48,384 nucleotides of DNA from IMG/VR virus record IMGVR_UViG_3300027533_000035, positions 1 to 48,384 of that record; one strand, 5' to 3'. The translations under genes were made by a program, and so were the position numbers. The stretch comes from a virus. Taxonomy: Duplodnaviria > Caudoviricetes. Position 1 is the first letter of the stretch. Every line of letters starts with the position of its first letter. Of the stretch, positions 16,490 to 24,468 are shown piece after piece. A model generated the notes under the pieces. That model did no database searches. It was given only the letters and a program-made list of their open reading frames with translations, and was not told the origin of the DNA.

Positions 16490-17055
16490 GCTAACATCTC
16501 CATTGCCGAAAGGATCTCGGCTTTTGAGGTCAGTTGCGAGGCAGACATCGAGCCGAAGCGGATGCCTTTAGCTGTCACCCACGGAGGGGCGAATATGGTT
16601 GTTCCGTTGATGTTGAGCCAGTAGATCTCCTTTGCTGCGAGTGCGTTGCTGCTGATGAAGCGGTTGCAGAGGTGCCGGATGGCTGGGGTGTTCGGCACGG
16701 TGGCGTCTTCGACCGAGAGGCAGGCGAAGTACGGCAGCTCGTGCCACATGCGGTGCGCGAGCAGCAGTCCGGTGAAGTCCTCCCCGAGCTGCTCCTCGAA
16801 GCTGTCTTGCAGTATCGTTTCGAGGTTGCGGCGCAGGTAGGTGTGCTCACCCACCTCGACGAACTCCGGGTTGGGCCCCATTTCCTCGATGCCTTCGTTG
16901 ATGAGGCCGCGGATTGCGGAACGATACGGCTCGCCGAAGGCGAATGGGAGGCAGTGGCTGCCGAGCGCCAGCGAGATGCTGGACGCCATCTGCGGCTCTG
17001 CATTCAGCAGCAGGAGGCGGGGCAGCTTGAAGGGAGGCTCCCGAAAGTCCTTCAT
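16486..17055 (-). CDS. Hypothetical protein, possibly a degenerate dNMP-kinase fold
   Basis: LLLLNAEP...FGEPYR...LGEDF...VED layout echoes phage dNMP kinases, but there is no GK[ST]. Confidence 0.45.
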   Translation of the reverse strand: MKDFREPPFKLPRLLLLNAEPQMASSISLALGSHCLPFAFGEPYRSAIRGLINEGIEEMGPNPEFVEVGEHTYLRRNLETILQDSFEEQLGEDFTGLLLAHRMWHELPYFACLSVEDATVPNTPAIRHLCNRFISSNALAAKEIYWLNINGTTIFAPPWVTAKGIRFGSMSASQLTSKAEILSAMEMLA

Positions 17056-17288
17056 GCGAGAGCATCCAGCGACGAGGCTGCGACCTTCTTGGCGCGAGCC
17101 GTGGAGCCGGGAGACGCGGCGCGCTTTCGCAGCGCCCTCGTGATGACGAGCAGCTCGGAGAGCGCTTCGTCGGAAAGCTCCCTGAAGTTGCCGCCGGGCG
17201 CGGTGGCCCGCAGCTCTTCCATTCGGGTGTGGAGCCAGGGGGTGTCCCGCTTTTCGATCTCGGGGAATAGATCTCGGACTTCAGTCAT
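17052..17288 (-). CDS. Hypothetical protein (ends LDALA)
   Basis: Coupled ORF, 78 aa. Confidence 0.6.
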   Translation of the reverse strand: MTEVRDLFPEIEKRDTPWLHTRMEELRATAPGGNFRELSDEALSELLVITRALRKRAASPGSTARAKKVAASSLDALA

Positions 17289-17479
17289 GCGAGGTCATCC
17301 ATTGTGTCGGCCGTCTCACGTTCCCGGCGGCGATTCGGGGCTTCGGGCTCCCAGCGCCCGCACCAGTCGTTCTCCTTGGTGCGAGGCCAGTCGCCGGTCG
17401 GGTGCGGAGGTGAGTGGCGGCAGAGGCCGTTCTCCCAAAAGCGGCAGTTGACGCAGACTTTTCCGTCGATGGCGCTCAC
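17285..17479 (-). CDS. Small Cys-rich protein (CxxC...C...WCG; ends MDDLA)
   Basis: GTG start at 17479 after GAGGAG, overlapping the upstream TGA. Confidence 0.6.
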   Translation of the reverse strand: MSAIDGKVCVNCRFWENGLCRHSPPHPTGDWPRTKENDWCGRWEPEAPNRRRERETADTMDDLA

Positions 17480-17709
17480 GATACCAGCTCCTCTCGGGTT
17501 GGGACAGGGCCGCTCGGGTCGCCCTTCTGGCGGGCGATCCACTCATCGAGCAGGCTCTCAACCAGCTTGCTGCGCGAGCCGTATTTCGGCTTGCGGGTGA
17601 GCGGGTCTTCTAGCATCAGATCCACCTCGGCGGCGATTGCGGCGCGCAGTGAGAGCTTCCATTCGGCGCGCAAGTGCGGCACGAGAGGGCGACCGGGGCG
17701 AAGGGGCAT
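17476..17709 (-). CDS. Putative ribbon-helix-helix DNA-binding regulator
   Basis: PGRP...WKLSL..AIAAEVD...SRSKLVESLLDEW pattern; ATG 17709 after GGAG, downstream of a consensus promoter. Confidence 0.55.
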   Translation of the reverse strand: MPLRPGRPLVPHLRAEWKLSLRAAIAAEVDLMLEDPLTRKPKYGSRSKLVESLLDEWIARQKGDPSGPVPTREELVS

Positions 17710-17736
17710 TGCTGTTAACTCCATGAACCGGGCGGT

Positions 17737-17765
17737 ATTATGGGCGCACCGCCCGCTTGTGTCAA
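17737..17765 (-). promoter_or_regulatory. Sigma70-type promoter
   Basis: Minus strand TTGACA-17 bp-CATAAT; the -10 box is bracketed by the inverted repeat CGGGCGGT/ACCGCCCG. Confidence 0.75.
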
Positions 17766-17768
17766 GTG

Positions 17769-17951
17769 TCATTTTTCAACCTCCTTGGAGCGAGGGGGAC
17801 GGATGGCGTGGTGGTCGAGATGGAAGCCTCGCTCCCTCCGGGTATAGTCGTGGGACCAGAGGCGACCACACTTCAAGCAGCGGATGAGGGTGAAGGGGCG
17901 GCGGTCGTGCCAGTGCTTGCTGTGGAATAGGCTGCACCAGAGGCTTTTCAT
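17769..17951 (-). CDS. Small hypothetical Cys/His protein
   Basis: 60-aa coupled ORF with C...H...CxxC. Confidence 0.45.
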   Translation of the reverse strand: MKSLWCSLFHSKHWHDRRPFTLIRCLKCGRLWSHDYTRRERGFHLDHHAIRPPRSKEVEK

Positions 17952-18331
17952 GATTCGGTATCCTTCGTGATGGTGTCGAGGAAATCGGGAGGGAGGACTG
18001 GGGCCGTAGGCCCCAGCGCACCAGCGCCTGAGAGGGCGCTGTCGAACTCGCTATCGCGGGGGCGGAGGGTGAGCTTTGCGCCGTCCTGCTGGACGATGCA
18101 GCGGTAGAGGGGTTCCCACTCATGGGGCGCCTCGGCGCCCCAGTGCTGCTTGGCGGCGAAGCGGAACTGGTTGAAGCGCTGCCTCAGCCGTATGGCTTCG
18201 CCTCGGGAGGCGCAGGGTACCTCCACCACGCCCGTGCTGCCTTGCAGCAGAAGCTCACGGAGGCGTGGGTCGAAGCTCGAGAGCGGCGTGGGCGGCTTGG
18301 TGCGCCCGCGGCTATTCGGAAAATGGGGCAT
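17948..18331 (-). CDS. Hypothetical protein
   Basis: 127-aa ORF with RBS AAGGAG. Confidence 0.6.
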   Translation of the reverse strand: MPHFPNSRGRTKPPTPLSSFDPRLRELLLQGSTGVVEVPCASRGEAIRLRQRFNQFRFAAKQHWGAEAPHEWEPLYRCIVQQDGAKLTLRPRDSEFDSALSGAGALGPTAPVLPPDFLDTITKDTES

Positions 18332-18875
18332 GGAGGCTCCTTCGGACTACGATGAACAGCAAGACGAAAACCAGCAACATCAGCCCAGCGACGAGCCAAG
18401 CGAGCGGGTCGCTCCAGACCGCCCCCTCTCGGGGCGGCAGGAGGGGCCAGGCGTCGGGCTCGGTGCCGGGCGGGAAGGTGGAGAAGATTGCGTCGACCGG
18501 CAGCTCGTCGAGGGGCCTCTCGGCCCCTCGAGCGGCTGCGAGCCATTGCCATTGCGGCAGGTCGAGCAAGTTGTGCGCTGGTGCCACAGGCACCAGCTCG
18601 GGGGCGATCATGAGCGGCTCCGCGGTTTGCGGCCGAGACGCTGGAGCTGGACGAGGTAGTGGTCGAACGCTGCCTCCGCGTCGGTCGCTCCAGCACCTAG
18701 CTCCAGCCGGGCCACGGTGCCAGTAGAGGTAGGTGCGCGGCCACGTTTTGCGGGCCGCTTCACGCGATAGACACGCTGCCGCTTCTGCTTCATTACCGTC
18801 CCCCATCGCGAATGGGGTCGGGACGAAACACGTTGTCAGGAGCATGAGTAAAGTCACGGTTGAGGTTTTCCGCAT
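18312..18875 (-). CDS. Putative exported, C-terminally membrane-anchored protein
   Basis: ATG 18875 after GAGGAGG; N-terminal MRKTSTVTLLMLLTTCFV signal-like stretch; C-terminal TM LAWLVAGLMLLVFVLLFIVVRR. Confidence 0.55.
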   Translation of the reverse strand: MRKTSTVTLLMLLTTCFVPTPFAMGDGNEAEAAACLSREAARKTWPRTYLYWHRGPAGARCWSDRRGGSVRPLPRPAPASRPQTAEPLMIAPELVPVAPAHNLLDLPQWQWLAAARGAERPLDELPVDAIFSTFPPGTEPDAWPLLPPREGAVWSDPLAWLVAGLMLLVFVLLFIVVRRSLHAPFSE

Positions 18876-19212
18876 ATGCTTCCTCCTCGGTTTCACGGAC
18901 GAGCGGGGTGTTTTCGATTTGGAAGGCGCGCCCGATTGCCATCATGGAGGCGAGAACGGCCTCCACGGCGGCGCGGCGGGCGATGGCTTCGTTGACGATG
19001 GCGACCGAGTTGTCGGCCCGGTTGCGGAGCTGGGAGGCCTCCAGCTCAGCGACTTTGAGCTGCGCGGTCAGGCCGTCGATGGTGGTGTTGGCCTCCGAGA
19101 GCTTGGCGCGCAGTAGGTCGCGGTCGTGGAGGATCTCCTGATGGACGCGCTCCGCCTGCGCTACGAGGTTCTCGCGGACGGGAGGGAGATCGCCGTTGGT
19201 GGTGTCGGTCAT
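18793..19212 (-). CDS. Coiled-coil hypothetical protein
   Basis: Heptad-rich 139-aa ORF; RBS AAGGAGG. Confidence 0.65.
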   Translation of the reverse strand: MTDTTNGDLPPVRENLVAQAERVHQEILHDRDLLRAKLSEANTTIDGLTAQLKVAELEASQLRNRADNSVAIVNEAIARRAAVEAVLASMMAIGRAFQIENTPLVRETEEEAYAENLNRDFTHAPDNVFRPDPIRDGGR

Positions 19213-19222
19213 GTTGGCCTCC

Positions 19223-19585
19223 TTATGGTTTGATGAGCCGCTCGGGGACGGTGTGCCCGAGCTTGTCGACGGTGCAGATGGCAGCGGAGTAGGCTTCTGA
19301 GACGCCTGATTGGGCGTAGTGGGCGGTCAGGGCGGCGAGCAGCTTGAGCTCCTTAGAGCACATGACGCCGGGTCCACGCTTCTCGGTGGAGAGCATGAAG
19401 CCGATCAGTTCATGGAGCATGTCGGCCTGCTGGATCAGCAGGGCCGTCATGAAGGAGCGTTGGTTGCTCTTGGGGAGGAGGCGGGTGTCTTGGCTCACCT
19501 CCGTAACGGCGCGGATGGTGGAGACGAGGGATTTCGAGACCTCGAGTGAGAGGGCTTCGAATAGCATCTGTTCGGTGTCAGGCAT
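19223..19585 (-). CDS. Hypothetical helical protein (120 aa)
   Basis: ATG 19585 (MPDTEQMLF) after GAAGGA, inside the longer track ORF. Confidence 0.55.
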   Translation of the reverse strand: MPDTEQMLFEALSLEVSKSLVSTIRAVTEVSQDTRLLPKSNQRSFMTALLIQQADMLHELIGFMLSTEKRGPGVMCSKELKLLAALTAHYAQSGVSEAYSAAICTVDKLGHTVPERLIKP

Positions 19586-19599
19586 AACGGTACGTCCTT

Positions 19600-19920
19600 C
19601 TAGATGGTGGTGGGATAGTCCTCGATGTGAGGCGAGATTTCGCCTCCGGGAGTGCTGTCGAGCCACTCGGCGTACTGGCCTTCGCGCTCGGCGGCTTCGC
19701 GATAGAGGTGGGCGCGATAGCGGATGCGAGCGATCGCCTGCGCCTTCGTGATGGAGAGGCGGAAGCCTGGCTTCGTTTCGTAGCAGGCCAGGACGCCGCG
19801 CTCGCCGCAGTATTCGCAGGGAGGGCAGATGCAGGAGCCTGCCTCGAAGCAGCAGACTTCGCAGGCCGGATCTGGCTCGTCCGGCGGGTCGTCGTTGCGC
19901 TGTATGAGGGATGGGACCAT
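19600..19920 (-). CDS. Cys-rich putative Zn-binding protein
   Basis: CEVCC...CICPPCEYCG...C; ATG 19920 after GAGGA. Confidence 0.55.
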   Translation of the reverse strand: MVPSLIQRNDDPPDEPDPACEVCCFEAGSCICPPCEYCGERGVLACYETKPGFRLSITKAQAIARIRYRAHLYREAAEREGQYAEWLDSTPGGEISPHIEDYPTTI

Positions 19921-19962
19921 ATCGCGTTCCTCTAGTTGGGGGTTGAGAAGCGGCACTTGCCG

Positions 19963-20298
19963 CTAGGCAAGGTCGTCGATGGTGACGAAGCGCTTTTGGG
20001 CGCTCGGGGGCGGTGTAGCCGCTTCGATGCGCTTGCGCTGCCGTGCTTCCTCGAAACGGGCGTAGGCGGCGGCGGAGCGGGAGGCGGCGTTGGCGTCGGC
20101 AAGGTGGCACTCGAGGCAGGTGGGGACGGTGGTGTGCATCGGGGGCGTCTTGTGGACGATGGCGTCGGGTGGGAGGTCGCCCTTGAACGAAACCAGCTCT
20201 GTGCCGGTCCCCTTGTGGGCTGCGAGGTAGAGGCAGGACCAGGCCTCGGCTGTGCCGCAGGTCCGGCAGCGTTGGACGTGGTGGTGGAGAATGAACAT
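19963..20298 (-). CDS. Zn-ribbon hypothetical protein (ends IDDLA)
   Basis: CRTCG...CLECH; ATG 20298 after GAGGAGG. Confidence 0.6.
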   Translation of the reverse strand: MFILHHHVQRCRTCGTAEAWSCLYLAAHKGTGTELVSFKGDLPPDAIVHKTPPMHTTVPTCLECHLADANAASRSAAAYARFEEARQRKRIEAATPPPSAQKRFVTIDDLA

Positions 20299-20309
20299 GG
20301 GGGCCCTCC

Positions 20310-20951
20310 TCAGGCCAAGCTGTCGATGTCGATGGATGTGACGGTGGCCTTCGTGGCTGCGTAGCCAGCGGGGGCTCCTTTGTAGAAGCAGGGATGGCAG
20401 CACACCTGCCACTTAGAGTTCGTGTTCCAGGAGGTGTCCTTCATCGAGAAGCCGTCGTCGACGGCGACGTGATTCGAGCACTTCACGCAGGAGCCGGCGA
20501 ACAGATTGCTCCGGGTCTTGCCGCCGGATGGGCCGGGCTTCCATTGCGCTGCCCTGCGGGCGGAATAGGCTTGCTGTGTCTGGGCAGCTTGCACTCGGGC
20601 TTGCGCTGCCGCTGCCGCGGCCGCTCCGGGCGAGCCGAACGTCGATGAGGGCGACGCGCGCGGAGGCACGGGACGCTGCGGGGCGCGGGGCTGAGGCCGC
20701 ATGGGTGCGCGGGGAGTGGGGGTCGCCTCCTTCTTGGGAGGCGCGGGCATGTCGGCGAAGGGGTCGCCGATGACGGTTACTTTGCCACGCAGCAGAGCCT
20801 CCCAGTCGCCACCGAAATGGCGACCGAGAAGGCCATTCGCCTTGCGAGCTGCGATGCAGACCTCACCATCGTTCGATGAGGTGGTCATCTTCAGCAGCTT
20901 GATGAGAAGGGTCAAGCTGGGACCGTCGTCCGGTGCTGCGGACTGGGTCAT
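20310..20951 (-). CDS. Hypothetical protein: DUF2786-like N-terminus, Pro linker, C-terminal Zn finger (ends IDSLA)
   Basis: LIKLLKMTTSSNDGE..IAARKAN..L...W; CVKC...CCHPC. Confidence 0.6.
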   Translation of the reverse strand: MTQSAAPDDGPSLTLLIKLLKMTTSSNDGEVCIAARKANGLLGRHFGGDWEALLRGKVTVIGDPFADMPAPPKKEATPTPRAPMRPQPRAPQRPVPPRASPSSTFGSPGAAAAAAAQARVQAAQTQQAYSARRAAQWKPGPSGGKTRSNLFAGSCVKCSNHVAVDDGFSMKDTSWNTNSKWQVCCHPCFYKGAPAGYAATKATVTSIDIDSLA

Positions 20952-20953
20952 GG

Positions 20954-21628
20954 CTATTTGCCCCCCGAGAGGTCTGAGAGGAAGCCACCGAACTCCTGCC
21001 GCTCATCATCGGAGAAGTGCATGGCGTCGCCATAGAGGCCGTAGGCGGCCCGCTTCTTGGCGAGCGCCTTGGCGGCGTCGGGGAGCAGTTTGCGGTCCAC
21101 GCCTATCGCGGCACTCGGGTTGCAGCCGAGGGAGGCGGCGAGCTTGGCGTTGTTGAACTCTGCGCCGATGAAGGTGACCTGCCAGCCCTTCGCCCGGCAC
21201 CAGTCCAGTATGCTCTTGGCTTGGGTGAGGTTGGTGAAGGAGCTGCCCTGCTCGTCGCCGTCGGTGACGATGGTGATCGCGCAGCGAGGCGGGTCCAGGT
21301 CGCGCAGCCGTCGTCCCATGAGGTTGATGGCATCATAGAGGGGCGTCATGGAGAAGTGGCCTGCGACTGGATCGGTCATCAGATCCTTCCAGTCGGCGAT
21401 GGGGACGTCCCGGTGCAAAAGCTCTTTGTCGGTGGTGTCGAACGTCACGAGCATCATCTGGCTGTTGACGTTGGCGACCTTGAGGCCGTCGACGTACGCC
21501 TGAACGGCTTCAAGGGTTTCCCACCACGTTCCCTCCATGCTGCCGCTGGAGTCGAGCAGGATGAAGTCGAGCTGGGTTTGGATCTTCTGTGGGGCTTGGC
21601 CCCGGTGGGCGATGTCTTGGGTGGTCAT
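20954..21628 (-). CDS. von Willebrand factor A (vWA) domain protein
   Basis: MIDAS motifs LLDSSGSM, TPLYDA and VTDGDE, plus W.VTFIGA. Confidence 0.85.
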   Translation of the reverse strand: MTTQDIAHRGQAPQKIQTQLDFILLDSSGSMEGTWWETLEAVQAYVDGLKVANVNSQMMLVTFDTTDKELLHRDVPIADWKDLMTDPVAGHFSMTPLYDAINLMGRRLRDLDPPRCAITIVTDGDEQGSSFTNLTQAKSILDWCRAKGWQVTFIGAEFNNAKLAASLGCNPSAAIGVDRKLLPDAAKALAKKRAAYGLYGDAMHFSDDERQEFGGFLSDLSGGK

Positions 21629-21719
21629 TGCGAGGTTTCCTTGGTGCTAAGGTGTGCTGCTTCGTGGTGATTACCGGGGGCGCAGACGCAGCACCGGACT
21701 GCGCCCCCGGCTTAGGCCG

Positions 21720-21926
21720 CTAACGAGGGATCGTGGTAGCGGCTTTCTCGGTGATGGTGATGTGGCAGGCGTCCGGCACGATGAGGTGTCGGATGCTGTA
21801 GGAGGTGTCCGCAGGAAGCGAAGCTGCGTAGGTCTGGGCTTGCTCCTGGGTGCGGAAGGGGCCAAAGTAAACGGTCCCTTGCTCGGTTAGGGCAACGACT
21901 AGGTGGGCTGCGTAGAGGCGGCTCAT
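21720..21926 (-). CDS. Small hypothetical protein
   Basis: 68-aa ORF with the FGPF.T.E.A pattern common in small phage proteins. Confidence 0.5.
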   Translation of the reverse strand: MSRLYAAHLVVALTEQGTVYFGPFRTQEQAQTYAASLPADTSYSIRHLIVPDACHITITEKAATTIPR

Positions 21927-21931
21927 GGCGG

Positions 21932-22084
21932 TTAGGCCAGGTCGTCGATGGCGGAAGCGCCGGCGCGCAGGCGGCCCAGCATGGCGTCGCGGACGATCAT
22001 GCTGATCTGCTTCGAAAAGTAGGCTGCCCAGATCGCGGCTGCCTCGATAAAGTATTGGTGGTCCATGTTGCGTGGTGTGCTCAT
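21932..22084 (-). CDS. Small hypothetical protein (50 aa; ends IDDLA)
   Basis: ATG 22084 after AGGAG/GAGG, downstream of a putative promoter. Confidence 0.5.
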   Translation of the reverse strand: MSTPRNMDHQYFIEAAAIWAAYFSKQISMIVRDAMLGRLRAGASAIDDLA

Positions 22085-22141
22085 ATCGGCCTCTGTGGGC
22101 TCCTGGTGGTGGATAGACGTCGGGCCCATGTAGAGTCTGGC

Positions 22142-22170
22142 ATATACCGGGCGGTTTGGGGATGTGACAA
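22142..22170 (-). promoter_or_regulatory. Putative early sigma70-type promoter
   Basis: Minus strand TTGTCA-17 bp-GTATAT at the head of the early operon; the spacer contains an ACCGCCCGG half-site. Confidence 0.5.
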
Positions 22171-22299
22171 TGTGTCGCAGGCTAAGCTGTTGATATGGTT
22201 AGGGTTTCTCGATTATGCTCTGAGGTGGGGATCGGGGGCTGACCGCTCGGCGTTAGACTCTAACCGGCTCTGGGTTGCCTCAAGTCTCCTACGGGTGTT

Positions 22300-22545
22300 G
22301 GACTAGGGGGTACCCCCTGCCGCACCGCCCGGGGGCGGGGGCGGGGTGTGGGGACGTCTATCGGGGGCGCCTCTCCCTGGGGCCTCTTGGCCCCCCTTCC
22401 CTTATATATATAGAGGTCTAAAAAAAAATATAAGTAGAGTAGTAGTAGAGGGAGGTAGTAGGGGGAGGGGGAGGGGTGGAGGTCAGGGGACACTGGGCGG
22501 TGTCCCGACCAGGCACCGCCCGGTTGGCGGGGGTGGGGGTGCCCG
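22300..22545. other. Non-coding control region with AT-rich core and G-tracts (candidate origin or genome end)
   Basis: CTTATATATATAGAGGTCTAAAAAAAAATATAAG flanked by GGGGGCGGGGGCGGGGTGTGGGG and GGGGGAGGGGGAGGGG, in an otherwise GC-rich, gene-dense genome. Confidence 0.45.
22495..22521. promoter_or_regulatory. Palindrome GGGCGGTGTC-N7-GGCACCGCCC
   Basis: Member of the repeated palindrome family. Confidence 0.5.
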
Positions 22546-22646
22546 ACGCACAGCCGGAGCGTTCGCGAGCGTACCGCGAGGCCGTTAGAGGCAGACCCAG
22601 AGCGGTCAGGCGTCTCTAGATTTTTAGAGAGGTCCGGGCATGGCCC

Positions 22647-22675
22647 AAAAAAGTAGGGGCCCCTCTCGGGGCCCC
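22647..22675 (-). terminator. Rho-independent terminator
   Basis: Minus strand GGGGCCCC-GAGA-GGGGCCCC-TAC-TTTTTT, a few nt after the stop at 22683. Confidence 0.8.
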
Positions 22676-22682
22676 CGTAGTG

Positions 22683-23246
22683 TCAAACCAGTCCGTCCAC
22701 GCTTGGGGCAGGTACCGTGCTGCCCCGCTTCGCCAGCTCGGCGAAATATCCCGTCTTGATGGCCGGGTTAGCGAGAACCTTGGCCCGGTAGCCCTTGTCG
22801 GCTTCGATCCGGCCAGCGTAGTGCGCCAGATCGCCCGCCGCCGCTTTGCCGCCGTTGGCAGCGTTCGCGGTGACCTGCTCGAACAAGACGTGAGCGAGAA
22901 TCGCGTTGTCATACTTGGGACCACGCGCCGCACCCGTGCCAGCCTCACGCCACGTCCCGGCAGTAACACCATCCAGGAATTCCTGAATGTCAGAGGCCGC
23001 ATCCTCATGCGTGCCGGGATCGTCCTTATCGTTTAGGGTCGTGTTGGCGACGTTGCCAATCTTAGTCCAGAAGCCGAAAATCGCGAACATGGTGGGCATT
23101 GCGCCCGCCTGTCCGAGCTGGACGTCGAACGACTTGCCCGCCTGCACAAGCGTGTAACGCGCGCCTGTGGCCTGTTCCATCGAGTCAACCTCATTTCCGT
23201 TGACGTCGATAAACGTGCGGTCGCTAACCTTTTGCTTTGTAGACAT
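22683..23246 (-). CDS. Stand-alone first early gene, hypothetical (187 aa; ends VDGLV)
   Basis: RBS TAGGA and its own terminator; divergent from the structural arm. Confidence 0.75.
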   Translation of the reverse strand: MSTKQKVSDRTFIDVNGNEVDSMEQATGARYTLVQAGKSFDVQLGQAGAMPTMFAIFGFWTKIGNVANTTLNDKDDPGTHEDAASDIQEFLDGVTAGTWREAGTGAARGPKYDNAILAHVLFEQVTANAANGGKAAAGDLAHYAGRIEADKGYRAKVLANPAIKTGYFAELAKRGSTVPAPSVDGLV

Positions 23247-23667
23247 GGTGGATTAAATCCTATAGGGGTTAAGATCCAGTCTTGCCAGCGTACCTTACCG
23301 TCTCCCCATTAATACCGTGTCATCGGTGGGATTCCCAGACCAGCCTTTGCGCCGCAGCCCGTAACATGGCATGGCAGCGCCCCGACTGCAAGCACCATCA
23401 GTCGATAATGCTGTAGGTACTAATACTTATATACCGCAGGTTGCCTGGCTCTAGGACAGTATCGTTGACCTATTCGCGTTCATGGTTTGTTCCGAAGCTG
23501 GGGCCGTTACACGCCAGGGTTGCTTTTTCAGAGGCATACCCGCCCCCCGTGGGGAGGGGGCAGAGATTTTTCGCAACACTGAGACGGGGAATTTCGTCCT
23601 CGGGAATTAACCGCCCGCTAATACGGGGGGCCGTGCAATCCGCGAAGCGGGGGCGCAGGATCGCGCT

Positions 23668-23967
23668 ATGGCAACGCTGTCCATCCGAGAGTACGAACAT
23701 CTCGCTGCCCTCTCCGGCGGCACCCTCCAGGTCGGCCAGGAGCCGGCTGTCGCTTCGCAGTCCGTCTCGATCACAGCCGGGTCCGTTCCTTCAGCAGCCT
23801 TCAACGTCCGCACCAAGCACATCAGAGTGCATACGGATGCACAGTGCAGCATCGAGTTCGGCACCACACCCACCGCCACCACTACGACTTGCGTCCTCTC
23901 CGCCCAGCAGACGGAATATTTCGGCGTCGTTCCGCTGATGAAGGTAGCCGTCATCTCCGTGCCCTAG
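23668..23967 (+). CDS. Small beta-rich putative virion/decoration protein
   Basis: RBS CAGGA; Thr/Val/Ser-rich 99 aa; first gene of the plus arm. Confidence 0.6.
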   Translation: MATLSIREYEHLAALSGGTLQVGQEPAVASQSVSITAGSVPSAAFNVRTKHIRVHTDAQCSIEFGTTPTATTTTCVLSAQQTEYFGVVPLMKVAVISVP

Positions 23968-24009
23968 AGAAACGCGATATGGTTCCAGCCGCCCAGGAGG
24001 GCGCAGCCC

Positions 24010-24468
24010 ATGACAGATCTCGCAAGTTTCGCCTCCATGCTGGAAATCCTCAAGGATCCCGCCGAGATGCAGCGCCGCTTCGGCGAACTCACCGCGAAGC
24101 AGAAGGAGCTTGAGAAGATCAAGAAGGAGATCGACGCCTCCCGCGACGCCAACGAGAAGGCGGCCGCCGCTTCGAAGCGCGACCGAGAGGCCTCCGATGT
24201 CACGATGAAGGAAGCCTACAAGGCGAGGAGCGAGGCGGTAGCCGCCCGCGACAAGGCCGATAAGCTGAACAGCGAGCTGGACGCGAAGCGGCAGAAGATC
24301 GAAACCGATAGTGAGAAGATCACCCGCCAGTATGCCGACATCGCGGCGAAGCAGAAAGCGCTCGAGGAACGCGATATGGTCGTTACCGCCCTCTCGAATG
24401 AGCTGCATTTGCGGAAGGCGGCGCTGGATCAGTGGGCGAAGAAGATCCGCGAGGCCCTCGAATCATGA
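24010..24468 (+). CDS. Coiled-coil protein
   Basis: RBS AGGAGG; E/K/A heptads. Confidence 0.7.
   Translation: MTDLASFASMLEILKDPAEMQRRFGELTAKQKELEKIKKEIDASRDANEKAAAASKRDREASDVTMKEAYKARSEAVAARDKADKLNSELDAKRQKIETDSEKITRQYADIAAKQKALEERDMVVTALSNELHLRKAALDQWAKKIREALES

Noticed and set aside
22260-22588. ORFs across the AT/G-tract region
   Set aside because: Low-complexity translations without an RBS; the region is better explained as non-coding.
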